Of a DNA stretch of 64,000 nucleotides, positions 25,380 through 37,499 are shown in pieces. This DNA comes from Lama guanicoe. Lineage: Eukaryota. The notes under the pieces are model-generated. The model was not told the origin of the DNA and made no database searches. It was given only the letters and a program-made list of their open reading frames with translations. Positions within the stretch are counted from its first letter, which is position 1. Each line of letters starts with the position of its first letter. The position numbers and the translations under genes are program-made. The stretch covers positions 4,507,434-4,571,433 of the forward strand of contig MU053994.1 in the NCBI GenBank assembly GCA_013239625.1, written 5' to 3'.

Positions 25380-26852
25380 ATTATATTAGGGCTCTCCAAA
25401 TAAATAGAACTAATAGGATATATAGCTACATATAACAGGAGATTTACTATACGAATTGGCTCACAAGGTTATGGAGGCAGAGAAGTCCCACAGTCTGCCA
25501 TCTGCAAGCTGGAGAATGAGGAAAGCTGGTGGCACAATTCATGCTAAGTTCGAAGGCCTGATGGTCTAAGTCCCAATCAAAGTAAAAAAGCCTGAGATCA
25601 CACCAGTCAGTATGGCCATCATTCAAAAGTCCACAAATGGTAACTGCTGGAGAGGGTGTGCAGAAAAGGGAACACTCCTACAACACTGGTGGAAATGTAG
25701 TTTGGTGCAGCCATTATGAAAAACAGTATGGAGATTCCTCAAAAGACTAAAAATAGACTCACCATATGATCCAGCAATCCCACTCCTGGGCATGTATCCA
25801 GAGGGAACTCTAATTCGAAAAGATACATGCAGAACTACAAAACAGAAACAGACTCATAGACATAGAATACAAACTTGTGGTTGCCAAGGGGGCAGAGGGT
25901 GGGAAGGGATAGATGGGATTTCAAAATTGTAGAATAGATAAACAAGATTATACTGTACAGCACAGGGAAATATACACAAGATCTTATGGTAACTCACAGA
26001 GAAAAAAATGTGACAATGAATATATATATGTTCATGTATAACTGAAAAATTGTGCTCTACACTGGAATTTGACACAACATTGTAAAATGATTATAAATCA
26101 ATAAGAAATTAAAAAATAGAATCTGTGGCATATTTGTACAATGGAATACTACTCAGCCATAAAAAGAATAAAATAATGCCATTTGCAGCAACATGGATGG
26201 ACCTAGAGATTATCATACTAAGGAAAGTAAGCCAAAGAAAGAAAAATACCATATGATATCACTCATATGTAGAATCTAAAAAAAAGAAAAAAGGAGGACA
26301 CTAATGAACTCATCTACAAAACAGATATAGACTCACAGACATAGTAAACAATTTTATGGTTACTGGGGGAAAGGGGGTGGAAGGGATAAATTTGGGAGTT
26401 TGAGATTTGCAAATATTAACCCCTATATATAAAAATAGATTAAAAAACAAGTCTCTTCTGTATAGCACAGGGAACTATGTTCAATATTTTGTAATAACCT
26501 TTAATGAAAAAGAATATGAAAATGAATATATGTATGTCTATGCATGACTGGGACATTGTGCTGTACATCAGAACTTGACATGCTGTAATTGGCTGTACTT
26601 CAATTTTTTAAAAAAGCCTGAGAACCAGGAGTGCCTATGCCTGAGGACAGAAGAAGATGGATGCGTCAGCTCCAGCAGAGAGAGAGTGAACTCACCCTTC
26701 TTCTGCCTCTTTGTTCTATTCTGGCCCTCAACTGATTGGATAATGCCTATTCACATTGGGGAAGGTCATCTGCTTTGCTCAGTTCATCAATTCAAATGCT
26801 AATATATTCCAGAAACACCCTCACAAATTCACCTAGAAAATATGTTTTATCA
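25380..26852 (-). mobile_element. MLT2 (ERVL) LTR, interrupted by L1 insertions
   Basis: tattagggctctccaaataaatagaactaataggata...gagaagtcccacagtctgccatctgcaagctggaga, resuming at 26624 with accaggag...caattcaaatgctaatatattccagaaacaccctcac. Confidence 0.85.
25598..26608 (+). mobile_element. Young L1 3' insertion carrying two different 3' tails
   Basis: 15-bp TSD taaaaaagcctgaga at 25583-25597 and 26609-26623. An internal second 3'UTR spans ~25831-26117. Confidence 0.9.
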
Positions 26853-28545
26853 CTCTGATAAAGGAAACCAAAGATGATTTAAGGAAATGGAAAGATATCT
26901 CATGCTCTTGGATTGGAAGAATTAATACTGTTAAAATGGCCACATAACACAATGCAATCTACAGATTTAATGTGATCCTATCAGAAATACCAATGACATT
27001 TTTCATAGAACTAGAATAAATAATCTTAAAATTTATATAGACCCATAAAAGACCCAAGATTCCCAAAGCAATCCTGAGGAAAAAGAACAAAGCTGCAGGC
27101 ATAACCCTCCCAGACTTGAGACAATACTACAAAGCCACAGTAATCAAAACAGTTTGGTACTGGCACAAAAGCAGACATATCAGCGGAACAGAATAGAGAG
27201 CCCAGAAATGAACCCACACACCTACGGTCAATTAATCTTTGTCAAAAGAGGCAAGAATATATAACGGAGAAAAGGCAGTCTCTTTGGCAAGTGGTGTTGG
27301 GAAAGTTGGACAGTTTAATGTAAATCAATGAAATTAGAGCACTCCCTCACACCATATAAAAAATAAACTCAAAATGGTTTAAAGACCTAAATATAAGACA
27401 TGACACCATAAAACTCCTAGAACATAGGCAAAACATTTTCAGAGATAAATTGTAGCCATATTTTCTTAGATCAGTCTCACAAGGTAAAAGAAACAAAAGA
27501 AAAATATAAACAAATGGGACCTAATCAAACTTATAAGAACTTTTGCAAAGCAAAGAAAATCATCAACAAAACTAAAAGACAACCTGCAGAATGGGAGAAA
27601 ATATTTGCAAATGATGCATCTTCACAAGGGGTTAAATTCCAAAATTTAGAAACAGCTCATACAACTCAATATCAAAAAATAAAAATTAAAAAAAAATTGG
27701 CAGAAGACCTAAATAAACATTTCTGTGAAGAAGACGTACAGATGTCCAACAGGTACCTGAAGAGATGATCAACATCACTAATTATTAGAGAAATGCAAAT
27801 CAAAAACCAAAATGAAGTATCATTTCACACTGGTCAGAAAGGCTATCATCAAAAAGTCTACAAATAAATGCTAGAGAGAAAAGAGGACCCTCTTACACTG
27901 TTGGTGGGAATGTAAGTTGGTGTAGCCACTATGGAAAACAGTATGTTTTCTTAAAGACTAAAAATAGAGTTACCATATGATCCAGCCATCCTACTCCTGG
28001 GCATATATCTGGAAAAGATGAAAACTCTAATTCAAAAAAAATACATGCACCCCAATGTTCATAGCAGCACTACTTACAATAGCCAAGACATGGAAACAAC
28101 CCAAATGCCCATCAACAGATGATTGGTGATTGGTTTAAAAAATGAGGTCTATATATACACATACATACACACAATGGACTATTACTCAGCTATAAAAAAG
28201 AATGAAAGAATGCCATTTGCAGCAACATGGATAAACCTAGAAAATATCATACTCAGTGAAGTAAGTCAGAAAAAGACAAATATTATATGATATCACTTAT
28301 ATGTGGAATTTAAAAAATAATATAAATGAGTCTATAAACAAAAGAGAAACAGACTCACAGACATAGAAAACAAATTTATGGTTACCAAAGGGGAAATAGG
28401 GGAGGAGGGATAAATTAGGAATATGGGATTAACAGATACAAACTACTATATATAAAATATGTAAGCAACAAGGATTTACTGTATAACACAGAGAACAATA
28501 TTCAATATTTATATCTTGTAATAACCTTTAATGGAAAATAATGTG
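26853..28545 (+). mobile_element. L1 ORF2 3' third plus partial 3'UTR
   Basis: aaatggaaagatatctcatgctcttggattggaagaattaat...; ORF 27514-27768 reads FCKAKKIINKTKRQPAEWEKIFAN. Confidence 0.93.
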
Positions 28546-28682
28546 AGGCATATATATATGTATATATGTGTATATATATGTGTATATATATACATATATA
28601 TATAAATGCACTAAATAATGTGAAATATATATGTATATATATGTGTGTACATATATATACATATATATATAAATGCACTAAT
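28536..28682. repeat. TA-rich tract arranged as an imperfect ~70-bp tandem duplication
   Basis: Two units of aataatgtga...atatatacatatatatataaatgcactaa. Confidence 0.8.
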
Positions 28683-28684
28683 CT

Positions 28685-29288
28685 CTTCCTCAATAGGAGG
28701 TAAAATCCTTGAATGATGTTTATTCTTCTCCTGTTATCCTGTAACTTGACTACTATGATGTAAAATTAACAATAATTAAATATTGATTCAAAGTTAGTAA
28801 TCTTATGTTACATGATAAAAGAATAAGAGATGAGAGAAAACAAAGATATTGCAAAGATAAACAATATGTATATATACACACAAATATATTCATAACAAAA
28901 TGAGGAGAAAATACAACATTTACAGCCCTGTTTCTGTCACCAATCACGTGATCATAGCTGGTATTTATAACTACGTTCTTCCAATACCCAATACAAATTC
29001 CCTTTGCCTTCATTAAGCCCATTGGGTTGTTGTGCTTCTTCACCTGGCAGGGTGACCCAAACCTTCATTCCTGAAGGTCTGGGACATTAATGGTTCTGCC
29101 TGGATTGGGTTGTTGTAGTTTTCCACTGACTTAATCACAGGGATGGTAATACTAAGAAACGCCCTAAGCAATTTCCTTTATTCCAGACATACTCTTTCTT
29201 ACCTCCATTGTGGAATAGTAGTCTAATTTTCCCTTGGTCATCTGAGCCAATCTTTGACTCAGAGGCATAAGGAGCCCAGAGTGGCCCA
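28685..29288 (-). mobile_element. ERVL internal remnant (dUTPase region and downstream 3' segment)
   Basis: Broken minus-strand frames give GHSGLLMPLSQ / IGSDDQGKIRLLFHNGGKKEYVWNKGNCLGRFLVLP / GMKVWVTLPGEE...EGKGNLYWVLEERSYKYQL, matching the ERV-L pol C-terminal/dUTPase region. Confidence 0.88.
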
Positions 29289-29289
29289 T

Positions 29290-29639
29290 CTGTTTATGCT
29301 GCTGTAACACAATACTAAAGACTGGGTGGCTTATCAACAACAGAACTTTCCTTCTCATAGTGTTAGAGGCTGGAAGTCCAAATCATGGTGCTGGCAGATT
29401 TGGTGTCTGGTAAAGACCTGCCTGCTGGTTTGTAGACAAAACCTGTTCACTGCATTCTCACATGGTGGAAGAGGGCAAGAAATCTTTATTGGGCCACCTT
29501 TATAAGGGCACTAATCCACCTCCCAGAGGCCCTGCCTCTTAATCATCTCCCAGAGATTCCTACCTCTTAATACCATCATCTCGGGGATTAAGTTTCAACA
29601 TATGAATTTTGGAGGGACACAAGCATTCAGACCATAGCA
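29290..29639 (-). mobile_element. MaLR LTR (MLT1A-like)
   Basis: gctgctgtaacacaatactaaagactgggtggcttatcaacaacag...cattcagaccatagca. Confidence 0.85.
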
Positions 29640-29659
29640 AATATGATTGACACAAAAAT

Positions 29660-30032
29660 CAATGATGAAGCCCTAATCCTCAATGCCTTGGAATGTGACC
29701 GTATTTAGAAATAGGGCCATTAAAGGAATAATTAAGTTAAAATGGGGTCATTAGGTGGGATGTAATCCTTATAGAAGGATTATAAGAAAGTCCTTATGAG
29801 AGGAGGAGATAAGGACACAGACAGACACCAGACATGTGTGCAAGGAGAGATGACCATGAGAACACGTGGTGAGAAGGTGACTACCTACAAGCCAAGGAGA
29901 GAGGTTTACAAAGAAACCCAGCTGCTTTTGATCTTAGACTTGTAGCCTCCAAAGCTATGAGAAAATACATTTCTTTTGTTTAAGTTGCCCAGTCTTTTGT
30001 ATTTTGTTATGGTAGCCCAAACTGACTAATAC
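29660..30032 (+). mobile_element. MaLR LTR (MLT1B-like)
   Basis: gaagccctaatcctcaatg...gaatgtgaccgtatttagaaatagggcc...ggtagcccaaactgactaataca. Confidence 0.8.
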
Positions 30033-30959
30033 AGTCAGGAGTATGAATGTATCTGAGGGTAGGGTGAAAGGATGAAATCAGGGAGGGCCACAGATGATCT
30101 TCTAAGGTAAAGATAATGTTCTATATTTTAGTGTGGATGATGGGAGTTGTATCGTTATTATTATTATTTTACCTTTAAATATATTTTATATGTTGTCTCA
30201 TATGTATTGTATGGTTCATCATTTAAACATGGAGAAAAAGGAAGAGAAGAGAAAGATGTGAGGATAGACTTTTAAGGGAAAATAGTCATAGTTAGAGGCA
30301 TCCGAACAAAGGTTTATATTATGTAATTAAGAGAAAGATATCATCCCCTTTGGACTTAGAACTACATCATTAAAACTACACTTAAGAGCCCCAATTCCTC
30401 TGAAGTTTAAAATGTATTTTATTCAAGGAGAAAGTTGAGTGTTAAGAATGTTGATTTAATTTGTTAATGTGAAAGCTAATTATCACTTGTTAGAAGTTTA
30501 TTATACCTACTGCTGTTACTATCTTATTGAATAAAAATTATCATCTCAGAAAGATAAATTGTAGAATAGGTAGAGATAAAGATAAAAGACTAGGTAGAGA
30601 TTATTGGCATATGTGTTTAGTATAGAAAAACTAGTTTAAAAGCAAAACTATTATTTCAGTCAAACTAGATTCTATTCATGATTGTAATATTATGATTACT
30701 CTGTTTTGTGACATAGCCTAATAGAAGGTAGACTAGACTACACCAGGAGTCAGACGGGTGTGTTCTATTTCTGATCTTGAACTCCCTGAGACTTCATTCC
30801 TTGCTCTTGTTCACATGGGGAATAGATATACATGCCTGCCTACCTGACGATTTAATGTGAAAATCATAGTAAGTTAGGGCTGGAAGGCAAGTTAAACATT
30901 TTATAGTTCAGCTCATTCCTTCTAAACATGATGAACCTGAGATTTAGGGAGAGAACCAA

Positions 30960-32500
30960 AATAATAATTGAAATATTGGGTGTAGAACTCAAGTCTCTTG
31001 AGGTAATTTCCCAGAAATAAGAAGGAAAAATGGAAATTAGAAGTGAGAAAGAAAAAGTTGGGCAATGGTCTGGAATCTAAATAGCTGAGTAATAAGAGTT
31101 ATGGAAAGACTGTAGAAAGAAAATGCAGTGGAGGAAATCGTCAATGAAATAATTCAACAAAACTGATCAGAACTGAAAGAAACACATTTCTATATTGAAA
31201 GGGCACACCAAGTGTCCACCACAACTGGTGAAAATGCACCTTCGTATGGATTCATTGTTGTGAAATTTAAGAGTGTAGTGGAAGGAAAGAAATTTCTTCA
31301 AGCTTCTGGGGGGGGTGGCGGGGGCAACAAATAATATTGGAGAATCATAAAAAATGATTAATATTAACAACAGATGTTTCATTAGCAACACTGAAATCTA
31401 GAAGAACATGAATTGATATTTTCAAAATGCTGAAGGAAAAAGATTTCCAACCTAGGATCCTGTATTCAAGCAAACTATCAACAAAGTGTTATGGTAGAAT
31501 AAAAACATAGATGGGGGTAGACTAAAAAGAAAAATAAAGTCATAATATGGTTACCTCTAGGGATGGAGAGGTAGATGCTATCAATCTAGGAAGACTTCTA
31601 AAGTTATAGTAGTGATCATTTCTTAACTTGGGTAGTCTATTTTATTCTCTAATAAGAATAATAATTTCATTATTATTTCGTTAAGAATAAAATAAAGAAT
31701 ACATACACATTATAAAAATAAAGAATAAAATAAAGAATAAATAAACAACAAGATGGTAAATTAAAAAATGATTATCAGTGGAGAGTTTGCACGGCAGTGG
31801 GGTTGATAGGACTCGACTAGGAGTGTGATTTTTCGTGTGTAACTTTTTACATAACCTTGAATCAAGTAAATATACTGTCAAAACTTTTAAATTAAAATTG
31901 AAAAAAGAAACAAAGTATCCTAAGGGTTAGGAGAAGATGTGAACAATTAACCAAAGCTTCGTTTTCATAAAAAACATAATACCTCTAAAATGGATGATGA
32001 AATTAAATAAGCATTTCATAAAAAAGGAACTTCAAAATGTCAATAAACATCTGAAAAAAAAGTAGCCAGCTTCACTAGTAATTAGAGAAATACTAATGGA
32101 AATAATAAAATATGGTTTTATATCTCTTATTGGTTTGAGATTACCTGGTTTTGGGTAGGGTGCAGAGAAATGAGGACTATCATATACTGGTGGTAGACTG
32201 CAAGTTGGTGAAATTTGGCAATATCTAGAACGTAGATGATATGCACACCCTTTAAAGATTCTCTGGCAGCTGTATTTTAGAGAAACTCACACATGTGCCC
32301 AAAGAGGCATACAAGAATATTTATGTCAGTATTCATTTTTGATAGTGGAAAATTGGAAACAACATAAATGTCCATCAATGGAGGAGTGGATAAATAAATG
32401 GTAGTGTATTCATATCAGACAATATTATACATCAGTAAAATGGCTGAACATGGGTTAATCCATGTGTATCACCCAAATAAGTTTATTGACTGGAGAAAAA
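30960..32500 (+). mobile_element. Ancient L1 fragments (ORF1-like region and 3' pieces)
   Basis: gatattttcaaaatgctgaaggaaaaagatttccaacctaggatcctgtattcaagcaaactatca (ORF1 C-terminal-like); aaatgtccatcaatggaggagtggataaataaatggtag. Confidence 0.65.
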
Positions 32501-32713
32501 AAGCAATGTAAAAAATAAATACAAATAATTAATAAGCAATGTGGAATTATCTAGATATTTTTAAAGGCAGGTAGACTAGGATGTTTATATCACACATCCC
32601 CAAGCAAACAATTTTTAAATCCATTAAGAAGTTTTGTTTCACTAAGTCTCTTCTTGGGGCTTTTCTCTTTGGCGTTTCCCACTCTTAATGCTTATCTTTG
32701 CTAGGACCATTCT

Positions 32714-33890
32714 CAGGCCTGGGCAAGAGGGGGCACCTGCCTTGAGGCTTATGCTTTAAAAGGACCCAATACCACAAACATGCAAACATAAAAATGTATG
32801 AAAGAACACGTGGGCACCTCTTGCACTCAGCTCTGGTGCTCAGTGCTGAAACAGCACAACCCACGGTGCTCAGTGTCCACCTTTATGCCGGACGCCATTT
32901 GGGCTCCACAGGAATGAAGTCCTCAGAACTAAGGGCAATCACATCTCAGTGCTGTGAAGGTTTGTGATTTATTCCGTTGGCAACATTGGAAATAGACACT
33001 TCTTTTGAGTTCTAAGAGATCTCAAATGGCAGAGGTATTAAAGTAAGAGGAAAGGCTCAGTTTTCAAATCTTTATTCTCAGATATCAGGAACACAATAGA
33101 TTTTTGCATATTGAATGAAATATTTCCTAGTAATGCTGAGGGTCCATTTCCTTGCTTTTCTTTGTGCTTTCATTCTAATTTGGAAGTAATTACAAATTAG
33201 CATGATGCTTGCAATGTGGCACCTGAAGGAAATTTTGCAATATTAAACCATTCATATTACTCTTAAATTTAATTACATATAGGTCTACACAAGAGTAAAG
33301 TGCGATGCCAATTCACATTGACAACTAGATGAACACTGAATGCCAAAATTGCTATTAGTTGTAATTTTCATAAAAATATTTAGTAAGATCTCATTATACT
33401 TTCAAAAATTAAAATATTTTCAGCTTTATTTTGAAACTTTTCACTAAAAATTTATTATTAATTATAATTTTGTGTTTGGCATTTACTCGTAAGTGATAAC
33501 TCTAGTTTAGACCATTAGCATAAATAGTGTAAATAATTTTCACAAATTAAATCAAAATATTGACTATAATAATATAATTAGACATTTTGGTGAGGTGAAG
33601 GCAAGAAAAAATTTCATGAAATATACATGTAATAATAAATTATATTTGCCTTATTTTATTAGTCACCTAAACATCACTAACTCATCAACAATACAACTAG
33701 ACATGCATAATAATAATTTTTAGTAGTTTGCTTTTAAATAGACAAGATTTTAAATTTAGTCATTATGAAGGTATATTTGCCAAGATAGGAGGATAGTATA
33801 TGTGAATGTATTTTAGGTTTACTAGTTTGTTAGCCTGATTTGTAACTTCTAACTATTCACGCATATGGTACATGGACTTCCATGATCCTC
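32714..33890 (+). mobile_element. hAT (Tip100-group, Arthur1/ORSL-like) DNA transposon fossil with transposase C-terminus
   Basis: GC-rich end caggcctgggcaagagggggcacc. 33559-33615 translates IDYNNIIRHFGEVKARKNF, resembling the hAT C-terminal I..FA..KARK motif. Confidence 0.6.
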
Positions 33891-34906
33891 AGAGAAACAA
33901 AGGGAGCCTCAGTTAACAAGAACTATTCTCCTTAGAACCAGCTAGCATGGTTTTAGCTTTTATACCTAGGAAAAGTTTGGAGCAGGGAACAACCCTCTTT
34001 GGAAGGCCTATCAGGCATTCCTGCGCCTTGTTCTGCTTTCTCCTTGCTTGTCCCCCCATTTTCACTAAGGGAGTTAAATATCTAATTCACATTCCGTAAC
34101 ATCTTTTTGTGGCTTGAGACTCCAGCCAGCAATGTTCACATCTGAAAAAATGCCCACAATCATAGGGGAAGTTTAAATGTTACAATTCTCTAAGTTTGGG
34201 TTATCAGACATCAGTGGTGAAGAAATTTTTGAGCAGAGATGCCTCGTTTTTAAACATGTATATAAAATGCCACAGTTTTACAGTTTAAGTTGTGGATTTT
34301 GTTGCCATTAGCAGAGAAGAAGCAGAGAGTTATTTTTATCAGTGTATTTATTTCTTTTACCGAAAAAGATCCGCATTCCTAATCCCAAGGCCATTCTTAG
34401 GAAGCCTTTGAAGTGTATATTTACCTCACTTCCATCTTCTAAGATTCTCTGGGCTTAAGAGAAACAGTTGCTCTAAATTTTCTTTAAAGTACTGATTCAA
34501 ACTTTCAACCACTAAACACCACTTATTTATTACTTCCTTCCCCCATGGGCTTCACGTTTTGAAAGATAGTGTTTAGAGAACAAACCACGATATTAAGTCA
34601 TAATTTGCTTTTCTGTTTTTAATTAATCAGAAACATCTGTAACTACCAAACACAGCTTCTGAACATCATTAAGTAACTGTGATCTACCCTGAAATGATGT
34701 GATTACAACAGAAGCAAGGTACAATATCTTTTTAATTATTCTGGACATCTTCACTGAAATGACTATATTATTTCAGTTAGGCATTTTTAAAATATGGAAA
34801 ATAGCCTGCAGATGTGACTGGTTTTTACTGGTTATTACTTTCTTTTACTTCTTGAAAAATCCCTTAATTGTTGACATAAAAATAATAAAAATGCTGACCT
34901 GAGGCT

Positions 34907-35300
34907 GGACTTCTGGTATGGTCAAGTGAGGACATTAGTAAATCCTCTTCCCAAATAGCTATAAAGCTATAAAGTTTTATATACTATAAAGTTATACAAA
35001 ACTGACAAAACAACCATTTCGATGCTCTGGAAATTGACCAAAGACATATAATATTCTGAGGGGCATTTATGCTTGAAAATCTGCTGAGCTTCAGGTAAGA
35101 ACCAAGGGAGACTATAAGTGATCTTGCTTGTGGCTGCTTCTACCAATCCCCCCTTACCCCGATGGCACCCCCTTCCCAGCTCAGTAAATGCAGAAATTCT
35201 GCCAGCTTCTCTGCTGCAGTTGAAGGGAACGCACTGTTTGGGGGTACTGTGGTGTCTATGCCCACTGGCGTTGTCAAGGGAAGTGATGATCTAGGATGTC
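34907..35300 (+). mobile_element. Probable old L1 5' end fragment
   Basis: gacttctggtatgg...aaaacaaccatttcgatgctctggaaattgaccaaag resembles L1M 5' termini. Confidence 0.5.
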
Positions 35301-35305
35301 CCACT

Positions 35306-35492
35306 CACGGCTAAGACTAGTATAAGGCAAGTGAGGCACTCACCTTGGGCATAAATTTTAAGGAGGCACCAAAAAACCCATTAATCAAGATAAATGCTAT
35401 TTTAATACCATATTTTTAAAAATCAAAATCAATGCAAAAATTCATGATGAACAAAATATCAAAGTTTTAAATAAGGATGGGTCCCAGCCCTG
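35306..35492 (+). mobile_element. Non-autonomous hAT element (MER96B-like)
   Basis: aggcaagtgaggcactcaccttgggcataaatttaaggaggcaccaaaaaa...catgatgaacaaaatatcaaa, with imperfect TIRs cacggctaagac / gtcccagccctg. Confidence 0.7.
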
Positions 35493-35559
35493 ACAATGGA
35501 GCTACTGTAGTTATGGATGTGGTAGGCATATTTCTGGCTGAGGTAGTTATTAGAGAAAA

Positions 35560-37160
35560 ATATATATTGCTTTTCTTTGTATAAGTACTTAAAGCTATAA
35601 AATTTCCTCTGAGATATGCTTTAGTTGTATCCATAAATCTGATAGATCATGTCTTCCTTCTTGTTATTTTCAAAAATTCTACAATTTTTATTCTGTTTTT
35701 TCTTAGATTCAAATGTTGTTTATAGTTTTTTTAAACTATTAAAGATGGAAAATAATTTGTAAATTGTGATTAATTTATAGTTTTACTAATTTTAAAATTG
35801 TTATTACTTTATAGTTTTACTGCACTGTGATCAGTGAATACTTTTGTATTGTTGCTATTTTTGAATTTTACTGAAGTTAATTTTGTGGCCTAAGATTTAG
35901 TCAATGTTTATGAATGAGAAGTATGAAAATGTCTCTTTTTAGTGTGAATATATCTTCTATTTTTCCTCCCATTTACATATATAAAAGCATATATATATAT
36001 ATATATACACACACATACATACATAGTCTTTTTGTATATGTATCTATACATATATAATCTTTTACTAGGAAGTTATGTTTTATTCTTTCTCTTTGTTATA
36101 TCACTGATATTTAGAAAAAGTTATAATTTTCCATTAGTGGTTACTTTTATATTAATATAACTTTATATAACTATATATATGTTTTCCTTCTCTTTTTTGG
36201 GGGGGGAGGGGGACACTCTATTGCTTCTCTGCTATGACTTTATATGAAGTATTGTGTTTTTAATCCTAGTTACTACCTGTGGGAGGCAGAATAATGCCCT
36301 CTGCAATGATGTTCATGTCCTAATTCCCAATATTTGCAAATATGTTACCCTACATGGTAAACTTTGCATGTGTGACTAAGTTAAAGAATTTGAGATGCAG
36401 TGATTAGCCTGGATTATCCAGGTGAGTCCCATGTAATCACAGGAGTCCTTATAAGTGAGAGGGAAAAGGGTCAGAGTCAGAGAAAGAGATGCGACTACAC
36501 CAGCAGAGACTGGAGTGATGCAAGGCCATAAGCCAAGAAATGCAGGCAGCTTCTAGAAGCTGGAAGAGGCAAGGAAATAGATTCTCCCCTAGAGCCTCCA
36601 GAAGGAATGCAGCCTTGCCAACCCACTTTGGACTTCTGACCTCCAGAACTGTAAGATAATAAATTTGTGTTGTTTTAAGCCATTACATATGCGGTAATTT
36701 CTTACCAGCAAGCAGCAGGAAACTAATAAAATACCTACAAGGCAACCAGAAAACTCATTCTGCTTTTGATATACTCTCCCTCTTGTCCACTTTTCCAACA
36801 TATAATCATTTGTATTATAATGCTACCTCCTATATCTACCATTTAGACTTAATTCTGCAGGAAATTTTATTTGATGGTTAAAACCAGTGCTTATGCCATT
36901 GCTTCTTCAGTCATTTTGGATTTGTGAGGTTCATTCTCTAAGAGATTCCTCAGAAAGTGTTCATGGGAACAATAGTCCAGGAAGCCTTGCATTGCTCATA
37001 ACATGTTTGTAGCCTTTATATCTGGAAGTTACTTTGGCTGGATATAAAATCCTTGGCTCATATTATCTTTCATTATTATTTCAAATATGTTACTCCACTG
37101 TCTTCTGGTGTAAGGCCTTCCTGTCAAAAAGGCTAATGATATCTGATTTTTTTCTCTTAA
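35560..37160 (-). mobile_element. Ancient L1 fragments hosting an MLT1D
   Basis: ttaaagctataaaatttcctctgagatatgctttagttgtatcc; tttggctggatataaaatccttggctca. Confidence 0.65.
36278..36730 (+). mobile_element. MaLR LTR (MLT1D-like)
   Basis: tgtgggaggcagaataatg...ctagagcctccagaaggaatgcagcc...ggaaactaataaa. TSD ctacc/atacc. Confidence 0.9.
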
Positions 37161-37186
37161 AAAGGCACACAAGAAAAAATTTCAAA

Positions 37187-37482
37187 CAAAGCGTAAATAC
37201 AGGACAGAAATAGACTCACAGACAGAGAATACAGACTTGTGGGGGGTGGAGGGTGGGAAGGGATAGACTGGGATTTCAAAATTGTAGAATAGATAAACAA
37301 GATTACACTGTATAGCACAGGGAAATATACACAAAATGTTATGATAACTCACAGAGAAAAAAATGTGACAATGAGTGTGTATATGTCCATGAATGACTGA
37401 AAAATTGTGCTGAACACTGGAATTTGACACAACATTGTAAAATGATTATAAATCAATAAAAAATGTTAAAAAATTACAAAAA
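37187..37482 (+). mobile_element. Young L1 3'UTR-only insertion
   Basis: Perfect 16-bp TSD aagaaaaaatttcaaa at 37171-37186 and 37483-37498. Closely similar to 25831-26110. Confidence 0.93.
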
Positions 37483-37499
37483 AAGAAAAAATTTCAAAG

